Below are positions 18,501 to 25,666 of a stretch of 43,393 nt of DNA, piece after piece. This DNA is from Candidatus Micrarchaeota archaeon (GTDB lineage Archaea; Micrarchaeota; Micrarchaeia; Micrarchaeales; CABMGC01). The notes below the pieces were generated by a model. The model was given only the letters and a program-made list of their open reading frames with translations, did not search any database and had not been told where the DNA came from. The position numbers and the translations under genes were made by a program. The stretch lies in NCBI GenBank assembly GCA_023256515.1, contig JAGDYD010000003.1:8145-51537 (forward strand), given 5' to 3'. Position 1 is the first letter of the stretch. Every line of letters begins with the position of its first letter.

Positions 18501-18967
18501 TCAGCGAAAGCCACAGATAATGCTGTTGCTGTACCACCAGCTCCTCTTATTGGACCTGCATATATAACAGCAATATAGTCTGTATTGTCTTGGTTTTTGT
18601 ATCTTGCAACACCTTGTATGCCTTCTGTAGGTGCAACTACTACACCATCTGTTATTATCGCCAAGCCTATTCTTGTCGCAAGCTCTATCCTCTTAATGGT
18701 ATCATACGTATCAAAAAACTTATTTTCGCAAACCTCCTTTACTACTTTGAATGCAGTTTCTGTTTTGTCCTTCCCATAATTTCTTCTTATTATCTCTGCA
18801 AGTCCTTCTATGCCTATTATACCCTCTACCCTGCTAGCAAGATCTGGTGCAGGCTTTATCTCAACTTCCTTTTTAGGATCAAATCCTTTTTCTTTTGCTT
18901 TGGAAGCTAAGTAAAATGCTTCATTGAATTTGTCAGAAAGGAGGTTAAAATATGAATTTATGTCCAT
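15539..18967 (-). CDS. polD2: DNA polymerase D (Pol II) large catalytic subunit DP2
   Basis: 1142 aa. It has the catalytic NCDGDEDT motif and Cys clusters CEKCKR..CNDCN..CPKCG..CERCG. The conserved blocks are contiguous, so no intein is evident. Confidence 0.95.
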   Translation of the reverse strand: MDINSYFNLLSDKFNEAFYLASKAKEKGFDPKKEVEIKPAPDLASRVEGIIGIEGLAEIIRRNYGKDKTETAFKVVKEVCENKFFDTYDTIKRIELATRIGLAIITDGVVVAPTEGIQGVARYKNQDNTDYIAVIYAGPIRGAGGTATALSVAFADYARRFFNIGAYKPTQDEIERYVEEVEIYHMKQHLQYRPSDDDLRNIVSNCPVCVDGVATEDVEVTAHRDIKRIDYNGKEVIMTNRVRGGVALVLCEGIAQKAKKLIKEVKTANLNWDWLNSVIKVNKVEKSEDSEKVSVFLEELVAGRPVIAYPGYIGGLRLRYGRSRLTGIAAKGFSPATMILLDNFVAVGTQLKVELPGKGCVASPVDSIEGPFVRLKNGEALRINSAEQALELKDQVEKIISLGDILITVGDFKKSNTIIQPTSYVEEFWEAQLENAGCKNIIKNPTFREAYELSIEYNVPIHPKYLFEFQAIDTKQLEEIAKAIIRNSKIEYSGEESLFSIEKITINDLGIKEYLERLQVPHRLEDQKIVIDKDYAQSLVASMGFASGKEGKLNIGEVVMDKYANSSDALSAVNSVAPFKIPKRSTYIGARVGRPEKAKERLMKPAPNVLFPIGEYGGKERNITKAYIIDEKKFSNKGIEVEIANYKCEKCKRYLPSYFCNDCNNRAVIERVCPKCGYHTLSKKCERCGTETLGYSNRNIDIRALVSEAMKKLRISRMPDIIKGVKGLTNNDKISEPLEKGILRSLHNVYIFKDGTARFDATDVPITHFYPGEIGVSIEKLRQMGYEKDIYGNELEREDQLVELKHQDVIINRRGAEYLLRVANFVDDLLVRFYGLEPYYNAKSIDDLVGQLVITLSPHTSCGVMGRIIGFSDANVGFAHPYMISARRRNCDGDEDTTMLLLDALINFSREYLPTTIGGTMDAPLILTIHVMPEEVDDEVHAMETVTKYPLEFYLKSYEYPSPSEVNIETVKDRLDKESRFYNINITHIDSIKSIASAPKKSAYTTLKTMQDKVNAEFNLMDKLACINQRDAAKRLIISHFIPDLIGNLHTFSKQEFRCSICNAKYRRVPLSGKCTKDGGKLLLTVSKGGIEKYLNMALNLAERYDLEPYIRQRLELVRDEILNLFEENAIPKKQFSLSNFI

Positions 18968-18974
18968 AAAATCA

Positions 18975-20471
18975 TCATATCTGATTAAAATCTACATTGA
19001 ATAAGTTTGTACTTTTCATTTCATATACAGGCAAAACTGCAGGTGTGGGTATGTGGCCCTGTTTTACTTGATAAGATGTTCTGCTTTGCCATGTGCCGCT
19101 ATTTAACACAAGTGTTCCATGGTAATTAATATCACCATTTTTATGCACATGGCCCATATGCAATATATCTGGAATTTCATCTATTACTAAAGAATCCCTT
19201 CTTGTTGGCAAAACTTTGTTGCCTCCATAGATCGGCGATAGGTGCCTTCTCTTCAGTATTTCTACCATGGCTATCTCCGGTTTTGCATAGCTGCAGCCAG
19301 GTATCGCTTGTATTACAGAATCAAGCGACGTTCCATGGTATGCAAGTACCTTTATGCCATTCAAAGTAATATAGGAAGGGTTTGTAACTAAATGCACATT
19401 TTCCATCTTAAAATCTCCAATAAGCTCTTTTGTTAGTTTTGGCTGTGGTTCTGTGCTCTGCACAGCATCATGGTTTCCTGCAAGCACAAATACATGAATA
19501 TAATCTGGGATCATAGATATAAAATTGAAAAGTACAGCATACTGCTTGTAAATATCTGGCATGGTAAGCTCTTTTTCTTGGTTTGGATATATTCCTATGC
19601 CGTCAACCAAATCTCCAGCCATTATTATATATTTTATCTTCTGTGCAAGCTCTTTTCTATAATCTACTTCTCCATTGAGCCACTTTATCATTTGTGTAAA
19701 CTTTTTCTCCATGAAGAGCTTGCTTCCAACATGTATGTCTGAAATGAACCCTATGGCTATATCTTCTTCAGTTTTGCGCCTTACATGTATAGGCACTTCT
19801 GGCCAAATTATAGCATTTGCTATAAGGAAAGGCCCGGATATCTTGCCTTTTACGGCAATTATGTCATCATTTGCTATTCTCTTTGCATTTTTGTATAGCT
19901 CTTGCTGCGAATCGCTCTTCATAAATATTACTTTGGCTGTTCCTGTGCTGTCTTCAAGATTCACAAGTATATTTCCATTTTTTGTTACTCTTTTGTCAAA
20001 AACCATTCCAACAATTGTAGCCTCTCTACCATTTGTATACTCTTTTAGCTTCTCTATGCTGTTTATCTTGCCATTGGCTATGCCTGTGCTTGCCATATTC
20101 TGGCTTATCATCTCGCTTATCCTCTTGAATCTATCGTTTAGATAAACTACAAAATCCTCTGTTGTTCCTGCTGTTTTTTCAACATCGCTTTCCCTTATGC
20201 TTATCTGCGCCTCTACTTCTTTTGCTGTTGGCTTGAACTCTACAGGCCTTTTTATTTCTATTTCTATAGGCTCTTTTTCGCTTTTCATCTCTTGTATTAT
20301 CTTTTCTAGAGTGGCTTTGTCCAATATACCTATTTTCTCTTCTCCAAAATAGCTTGCAATATGGCCTATAAGCGATTCAACGTCTAATCCAGCTAAATCT
20401 TCTTCCTTTATTTCTGAGCTTATTATGACTCTTCCTGTGAGCCTGCTAGCTATCTGCTTAAGAGTCTCCAT
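18975..20471 (-). CDS. polD1: DNA polymerase D small (exonuclease) subunit DP1
   Basis: 498 aa. Calcineurin-like phosphoesterase motifs are present (ISDIHVGS, GDLVDG, GNHD, GHVH). The gene lies 7 nt upstream of DP2. Confidence 0.9.
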   Translation of the reverse strand: METLKQIASRLTGRVIISSEIKEEDLAGLDVESLIGHIASYFGEEKIGILDKATLEKIIQEMKSEKEPIEIEIKRPVEFKPTAKEVEAQISIRESDVEKTAGTTEDFVVYLNDRFKRISEMISQNMASTGIANGKINSIEKLKEYTNGREATIVGMVFDKRVTKNGNILVNLEDSTGTAKVIFMKSDSQQELYKNAKRIANDDIIAVKGKISGPFLIANAIIWPEVPIHVRRKTEEDIAIGFISDIHVGSKLFMEKKFTQMIKWLNGEVDYRKELAQKIKYIIMAGDLVDGIGIYPNQEKELTMPDIYKQYAVLFNFISMIPDYIHVFVLAGNHDAVQSTEPQPKLTKELIGDFKMENVHLVTNPSYITLNGIKVLAYHGTSLDSVIQAIPGCSYAKPEIAMVEILKRRHLSPIYGGNKVLPTRRDSLVIDEIPDILHMGHVHKNGDINYHGTLVLNSGTWQSRTSYQVKQGHIPTPAVLPVYEMKSTNLFNVDFNQI

Positions 20472-20543
20472 GGTCCCCCAATTAAAATAAGCACAAATAA
20501 CTATAAATAGAAAATATATTTTTTATGTAAATAATTCCAATTT

Positions 20544-21872
20544 TTACCAATTCTTTTTCTTCGGCAGTTTCTTGTACATTGTCAAAGGCAAGCCATGCCT
20601 TTCACGCTCAGCCCTGACAAATACATAGTAAATTGTTATTATAATAAGAACCCAAAAGTCTAGCATTATGCTAAATCTTGTCAGGAAAGAGAGCATAGTT
20701 AAAGTAAGCAGAAAGCCGAGTATTGGTATAATAAAAAAGTAACTGGATTTGAAGAGCATCTTTTCTTTTTTGTTCTTATTTAGCAAAGAAAGCTTCAATG
20801 CCGCTAAGTTTGCTATAGCATAAGATGTAAGCGCAGCTGCATTGCTGAATGCTATTATGTTCTTAAAATCTATTGTAAATATTGCCAATATCATCACAAG
20901 ACTTGAAAAGACTATAGCTCTACTAGGTGCCCCATACTTGTTTATCTTGGCAAGGGATTTTGGAAGATCCTTATCTCTAGACATGGCAAATACAACTCTA
21001 GACAAGCCCAATATCATAGTCAAATCAACATTTATTGTTGCTATCATGGCGCCTATGGCTATTATATAGCTTGCCAATGGACTTTTTGTTGCATAGTATA
21101 TTCCATAAGCCAATGGTGATTCTGAATTTGCAATATTGGCATATGGCACTATGCCTATCAATGCGGTCATCACAAGCATGTATATTGCTGCAGATATTGC
21201 TATTGATAATATTATAGCCCTAGGTATTGTTTTTCTTGGCTCTTCAATCTCCTCGCCAAGCATAGTGACCCTAGCAAAGCCCGTATATGCAAAGAATATG
21301 AAAGAAGACGCTGCAAGCATGCCCGTTATCCCATGAGGAAAAAATGGTTTGAAGTTTGACATTTTTATAAAGAAGAGCCCGATAAATCCAAAAATAAGGA
21401 GTATTGCTATATTTATTGCTATCAATATTGAAGAAAATCGCGCAGAGTGCTTAACGCCAAAATAATTTATTATAGAAAGAATTATTATAAGCAATGCAGC
21501 AACAACTTCTGCATTAGCAAATTTTATTATGCTTTCAAAATAGCCACCAAAACTCAAAGCGACAGCAGCGCCCGATATTATTGTCGCAATTATCCATATG
21601 AAGCCTGCTATATAGCCAGCATAGCTTCCCATTACCTCTCTAGAATATTCATAATTGCCCCCTTCTCTCGCATACATGTGCGCAAGTTCTGCAAAGCTCA
21701 TGCCTGTAAAAATAGCTATTATTGCCCCTATAAGTATTGAGATTATTGAAGAAGGCCCTGCCAACCCAGCAGCTACTCCGCTAACAGTGAATATGCCTGC
21801 CCCTATTATTGCGCTTATATTTATTGATAGTGCTTGTCTAAAAGTTACATTTCTCTTTAGCCTTTGCATCAT
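20544..21872 (-). CDS. APC-family amino acid permease
   Basis: 442 aa, about 12 TM. The N-terminal IGAGIF..SG and the overall pattern are typical of COG0531-type permeases. Confidence 0.75.
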   Translation of the reverse strand: MMQRLKRNVTFRQALSINISAIIGAGIFTVSGVAAGLAGPSSIISILIGAIIAIFTGMSFAELAHMYAREGGNYEYSREVMGSYAGYIAGFIWIIATIISGAAVALSFGGYFESIIKFANAEVVAALLIIILSIINYFGVKHSARFSSILIAINIAILLIFGFIGLFFIKMSNFKPFFPHGITGMLAASSFIFFAYTGFARVTMLGEEIEEPRKTIPRAIILSIAISAAIYMLVMTALIGIVPYANIANSESPLAYGIYYATKSPLASYIIAIGAMIATINVDLTMILGLSRVVFAMSRDKDLPKSLAKINKYGAPSRAIVFSSLVMILAIFTIDFKNIIAFSNAAALTSYAIANLAALKLSLLNKNKKEKMLFKSSYFFIIPILGFLLTLTMLSFLTRFSIMLDFWVLIIITIYYVFVRAERERHGLPLTMYKKLPKKKNW

Positions 21873-21879
21873 CTTGCCT

Positions 21880-22158
21880 TTAATCTTTTATAGACTCAAG
21901 CAAGCTTAATATATTCCAAATTATTGTCCTGGCATAAGGTGGCAAGTTTATATCATTGCTCACTTCATCTATCTTATATGTTGCACTTGATGCCTTTACA
22001 GCATAACTTTCATCTTCTTTGTCAAGTGAACTTTTTGCTTCCTGAAGCGCATTTTTCACATTTCGAGGCACACTATTATCATTTAATAAAATGTCTATTT
22101 GCTGTTTTATCTGCATTATAGTCTCTTCATACTTTTTTGGTCCTTTCATAGAAATCAC
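21880..22158 (-). CDS. UPF0147 family protein
   Basis: 92 aa. NDNSVPRNVKNALQEAKSSL...DEVSNDINLPPYARTIIWNILSLLE matches the family pattern (D.SVPRNIR..A..A...L......DEIS.DPNMP...RT.IW.+...LE). Confidence 0.7.
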   Translation of the reverse strand: MISMKGPKKYEETIMQIKQQIDILLNDNSVPRNVKNALQEAKSSLDKEDESYAVKASSATYKIDEVSNDINLPPYARTIIWNILSLLESIKD

Positions 22159-22163
22159 CTAAG

Positions 22164-22251
22164 CGGGCCCGGCGGGATTTTCATAAGCATTTTGAACCCA
22201 CGACCATCAGCTTAGAAGGCTGCTGCTCTATCCAAGCTGAGCTACGGGCCC
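22164..22251 (-). tRNA. tRNA-Arg (anticodon UCU) with a 13-nt intron in the T-loop (59/60)
   Basis: The reverse complement folds by hand. Acceptor GGGCCCG/CGGGCCC, D arm GCTC-AGCTTGGATA-GAGC, anticodon arm GCAGC-CTTCTAA-GCTGA, variable loop TGGTC, T stem GTGGG/CCCGC, discriminator G, no encoded CCA. The T loop is TTCAAA[ATGCTTATGAAAA]T. Confidence 0.85.
22178..22190 (-). other. non-canonical tRNA intron (ATGCTTATGAAAA) between tRNA positions 59 and 60
   Basis: Removing it restores the canonical 7-nt T loop TTCAAAT. UUCA(54-57) pairs with UGAA inside the insert, giving a 4-bp helix flanked by two 3-nt bulges stacked on the T stem (a BHB-like motif). Confidence 0.75.
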
Positions 22252-22273
22252 CTAACTAATTATTAGACTACCA

Positions 22274-22281
22274 TATATAAA
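22274..22281 (-). promoter_or_regulatory. TATA box (TTTATATA on the minus strand) for the tRNA gene
   Basis: It spans about -23 to -30 relative to the tRNA 5' end at 22251, the classic archaeal TATA-to-start distance. Confidence 0.55.
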
Positions 22282-22287
22282 AACCTC

Positions 22288-23046
22288 TCATATATAAAAA
22301 AATTTTCTTACATTCTCTGTAGTTTCATAAGCTACCTTTTCTACATCGAAGCCTTTTATCTTCGCCACTATTTCTGCAGAGATCTTCACATATGTTGGGT
22401 CTTTGCCAACAACTGGCGAATCAGTCTCAAGCATTATCCTTTCAATGCCTATCTTTTCAATTGCCCTCTTCCTTTTAGAAGATTCTAAAGGAGGCACCGA
22501 AATAAAGTATTCTCTCATCTTTTCAATATCTTTATCGTCTCCTTCAAAAAAGTGGAACATTGCCCTTATCTTAAATTCTCCAAGAATAGAAAGCACATCA
22601 TCCAAGGCTTTCCTAGAATGTATAACCACTGGCAAATCTAATGATTCTGCAAGTTCAAGCTGCTCCCTAAATATTTCTTTTTGCATTTCGTAATGCTTGC
22701 TTTCTGTTGCAACCTTTTTATCAAGCCCTATCTCTCCAATGCCTATTATATTTCTATTGCTTTCTATGATTCCTTTAAGCTCTTTTACGCTGTTTTTATC
22801 CTCTATATGCTCAGGATCTATTCCCACTACTCCAAAAACCCTTTGCCCTACAATCTTAGAAATCTCTTTGTTGTCTTTTGCACTTCCGCCAGAAGATACT
22901 ATAATTTCTAAGCCAGACAAAAAGGCATTTTCAATCACCTTAAATGGTTCATCAAAGAGATTTATATGGCAATGCGCATCAGCATAGCCTATCTCTCTGT
23001 TGATTTGAGAAGCAAAAGTGGCTGTAGACTGATACACATTAACCAC
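22288..23046 (-). CDS. tatD: TatD-family metal-dependent hydrolase/DNase
   Basis: 252 aa. Motifs: DAHCHI, IGEIGLD, PVVIHSR, FHFFEG, LETDSP. Confidence 0.85.
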   Translation of the reverse strand: MVNVYQSTATFASQINREIGYADAHCHINLFDEPFKVIENAFLSGLEIIVSSGGSAKDNKEISKIVGQRVFGVVGIDPEHIEDKNSVKELKGIIESNRNIIGIGEIGLDKKVATESKHYEMQKEIFREQLELAESLDLPVVIHSRKALDDVLSILGEFKIRAMFHFFEGDDKDIEKMREYFISVPPLESSKRKRAIEKIGIERIMLETDSPVVGKDPTYVKISAEIVAKIKGFDVEKVAYETTENVRKFFYI

Positions 23047-23120
23047 GCATAAAGTTTAAATAATAAGCAAATCTACACTATTAAATACTTATGCTTTATT
23101 TTATTAATAGAGTGGTTAGA

Positions 23121-24263
23121 ATGTCAGATGAAAAAAGTATACAAAAAGAGCTTAAGGAAGAAAAGAAGGAAGAGGCTAAAATAGAAAAAACAGTAAACTC
23201 CTTAAAAGTAATATCATGGTCTGCTTTGGCAATTGGAATTATAGCAATAATAATAGGTGTTGTGGCTGTAATCTCAATACCTAAAACTTCTGCACCTGGT
23301 GCTTCTTCTGCACCTACATCAATTGCTCCAACCCCTATACCAAATGTGAGCGTAAATTCCAGCTTGGCTCCAATATATGTAAATGGTTCACTGATAACTC
23401 CTCCAATGAGCCTCCCTGACGCGCCAGTAATAACACAGAACCAGAGCTTTGGTTCAAGGCTTACAAATATAAATCAGCCTTTCAATGCAACTGAATTGGC
23501 TATAATAAACAACGCATCAAACTCTTATTTTGAAGAAGCGGGGATGATGTATCTTAATGGCACAATAAATGGTGTTGGGGTACAACCTTCTTTATCTCCT
23601 ATGCTTATAGTAAATGGCAAGCCAAGCGTGATATATCTTGGGGCAATATCCTGTATATATTGTAGCGAAAACAAATGGGCCATGGCTTTAGCACTTAGCA
23701 GGTTTGGCAAGTTCAATGTGCTCTTCAAAGGCTATAGCTCTTTTGGAGATCTTGATATACCAACTATATATTGGGCTCCAGCAGAATACAATGCTTCTAG
23801 CGGGGTAGACTTTGGCAATTTCTATAACAGCAGCTACATTAATTTCATATCAATAGACTATGTATCTCCAATAAGAGCAGGCTTCGAAATACAGTCATTG
23901 CCTTACTTCCTGTCTAAGGTGCAGTCTACAGGAAGTGCACCTTATGCAGCAGCATTAAATCTAATAACAAAACTAAATAACTTCCAAGGCACTCCATATA
24001 GCATATGGGGCAAGTTTGTAGTTGCTGGGGCAGATGCTGTAGATTTTGGAAACACAATAACAAACCAGCCTCCACTGCCTTTAGAATATATGACCCACGA
24101 GCAAGTTTTGTCGCAGCTTTCAAATCCGAAGGACATGTTTGCATTAAGGGAATATGCGGCAGCAGACCTATATGTTGCGATGGTTTGTGCATCAATAAAC
24201 AATACAGCACCAGTATGTTCATTGCCGGCAATACAAAAAATAGAAAGTATAAATGGGTATTAG
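23121..24263 (+). CDS. membrane-anchored DUF929 (thioredoxin-like, CxxC) extracytoplasmic protein
   Basis: Layout is a Lys/Glu-rich N-terminus, one TM, a Ser/Pro/Thr linker, then LGAISCIYCSENKWAMALALSRFGKF, which matches the DUF929 signature as I recall it (GAE.CP.CAAERWA+..ALSRFG.F). It has many N-x-S/T sequons. An alternative start is the ATG at 23091. Confidence 0.7.
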   Translation: MSDEKSIQKELKEEKKEEAKIEKTVNSLKVISWSALAIGIIAIIIGVVAVISIPKTSAPGASSAPTSIAPTPIPNVSVNSSLAPIYVNGSLITPPMSLPDAPVITQNQSFGSRLTNINQPFNATELAIINNASNSYFEEAGMMYLNGTINGVGVQPSLSPMLIVNGKPSVIYLGAISCIYCSENKWAMALALSRFGKFNVLFKGYSSFGDLDIPTIYWAPAEYNASSGVDFGNFYNSSYINFISIDYVSPIRAGFEIQSLPYFLSKVQSTGSAPYAAALNLITKLNNFQGTPYSIWGKFVVAGADAVDFGNTITNQPPLPLEYMTHEQVLSQLSNPKDMFALREYAAADLYVAMVCASINNTAPVCSLPAIQKIESINGY

Positions 24264-24777
24264 TCAGATGGAAAGGTTAAGCAATCTAAAGCAGATATTG
24301 ACAAATAAATATTATCTAGCAGAGTTTATAGTCGCTTTCTTTATTTATTTTCTTGCATATCTTTATATAATCAATTTAAGCAGGCTTATAATAATAAGCC
24401 TATTTTCTGAATTTATCATATTGTTGCTTATTGCTTCTTCATCCCTTGTATTGGTTGCGGCAACATTTGTCCTGAGAAATGCCTCAAAGGCCTTGGGATA
24501 TGCTGGCGGTTTCTTCTCTGCATTCTTTAGCCTTATGGGAAGTGCCATAGTCTCATGCGGTTGCCAAGCCCCTATACTAGCAAGTCTGCTTTATATTATA
24601 GGCCTTAATACATTGGAAGTAACATCATTCCTTAGCTTTTTCTCATTCTACAATATTATACTCATATTTATTTTCATTTTGATAAATCTGTTGCTCCTCT
24701 ATTACTATCTTGGAAAATCTTCACAATATACAGAAAAAGGCAAGAAAAAGATATTAAGCAAAGTATTCACAAAATAA
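24253..24777 (+). CDS. small polytopic membrane protein with an intramembrane CGCxxP motif
   Basis: 174 aa, about 4 hydrophobic segments. SAIVSCGCQAPILASLL lies in the third. Both termini are positively charged. It overlaps the DUF929 gene end by 11 nt (alternative ATG at 24268, 5 nt after that stop). Family not recognised. Confidence 0.55.
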   Translation: MGISQMERLSNLKQILTNKYYLAEFIVAFFIYFLAYLYIINLSRLIIISLFSEFIILLLIASSSLVLVAATFVLRNASKALGYAGGFFSAFFSLMGSAIVSCGCQAPILASLLYIIGLNTLEVTSFLSFFSFYNIILIFIFILINLLLLYYYLGKSSQYTEKGKKKILSKVFTK

Positions 24778-24781
24778 CAAA

Positions 24782-25666
24782 TTATGTTATTACTTTGCAA
24801 GAGTCTTTCTCAACTATCATCTCATATTCTGTTTGGGCAACTAATCCATTGCTTTTCTCAACAAGCACAGGGTAGCTTTCTAGCAAGTTCGCCCTTGCAA
24901 ACTCATTCAAAGCAACTTTTGCTTTAAATTCATCAAATCTCTTCAAAACCCATCTCATAGCAAATGGATATGTGCTAAAATTAGAATCAATAAAAGAGCC
25001 AACCTCCCTTGCAATTGGGTTTCTAGTGGCCCCTGGGTATTTCCTAAATATTTCTACCGAATCTCCATCGACTACCAACCCTTCTCCTGTTGTAACAAAG
25101 ACTTCTATGGCTATTACTTCTCCTTCTTCTAGTTTGGCCTCGTCGCCATTATCAAAGTTCGGTATGAATATATTTGCATGCAGATCATCTTTTGTTATGC
25201 CGTGGCCTCCCAGATTCCTTATTGGATTGAACCCCATCTTCTTAGAAATTTCTTCTACAACCTTTCCTATTTCTCTTACGCTTCTTCCAGCTTTTACTAT
25301 ACTTATTGCTTCATTCACTGCTTTTTCGCTGCATTCAATAAGCTTTCCATTTTCTCCAGAAAGATCTATGCTTATTGCAGAGTCTCCTAAATAAGCCCCT
25401 TTCCTTGCACCAACGTCAAGTTTTACAAGGTTCTTGCCAAAAACCTTTTGATCATCTTTCATTGGTGTATAATGAGCAGCTTCATGATCTAGGGAAATAT
25501 TTACAGGAAATGCAGAGCCAAAGCCTTTCTCTTCCAAATACTTTTCTATCTTTTCAGCAACATCTAGGAGCTTTGCTCCTTCTTTTATAAGCCCTTTCCC
25601 ATATTCTAGGGCGCTTCTTGTTGCTTTTCCAACCTCTTCATAAGTCTTATAATCCAATTCATCCAT
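24782..25666 (-). CDS. map: methionine aminopeptidase, type 2 (archaeal)
   Basis: 294 aa. Metal ligand contexts are LDHEAAHYTP, KLDVGA, GGHGI and IEVFVTTG. The start abuts the polB stop. Confidence 0.9.
   Translation of the reverse strand: MDELDYKTYEEVGKATRSALEYGKGLIKEGAKLLDVAEKIEKYLEEKGFGSAFPVNISLDHEAAHYTPMKDDQKVFGKNLVKLDVGARKGAYLGDSAISIDLSGENGKLIECSEKAVNEAISIVKAGRSVREIGKVVEEISKKMGFNPIRNLGGHGITKDDLHANIFIPNFDNGDEAKLEEGEVIAIEVFVTTGEGLVVDGDSVEIFRKYPGATRNPIAREVGSFIDSNFSTYPFAMRWVLKRFDEFKAKVALNEFARANLLESYPVLVEKSNGLVAQTEYEMIVEKDSCKVIT

Noticed and set aside
19470-20145. Plus-strand ORFs (90 and 156 aa) inside the DP1 gene, with similar ones inside DP2 (16206-18910) and polB (25956-26480)
   Set aside because: They are shadow ORFs inside strongly supported polymerase genes.
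20472-20543. Possible replication origin next to the DP1-DP2 operon, as in Thermococcales
   Set aside because: The spacer is only 72 nt. I saw no ORB-like repeated elements, and there is no orc1/cdc6 gene in the window.
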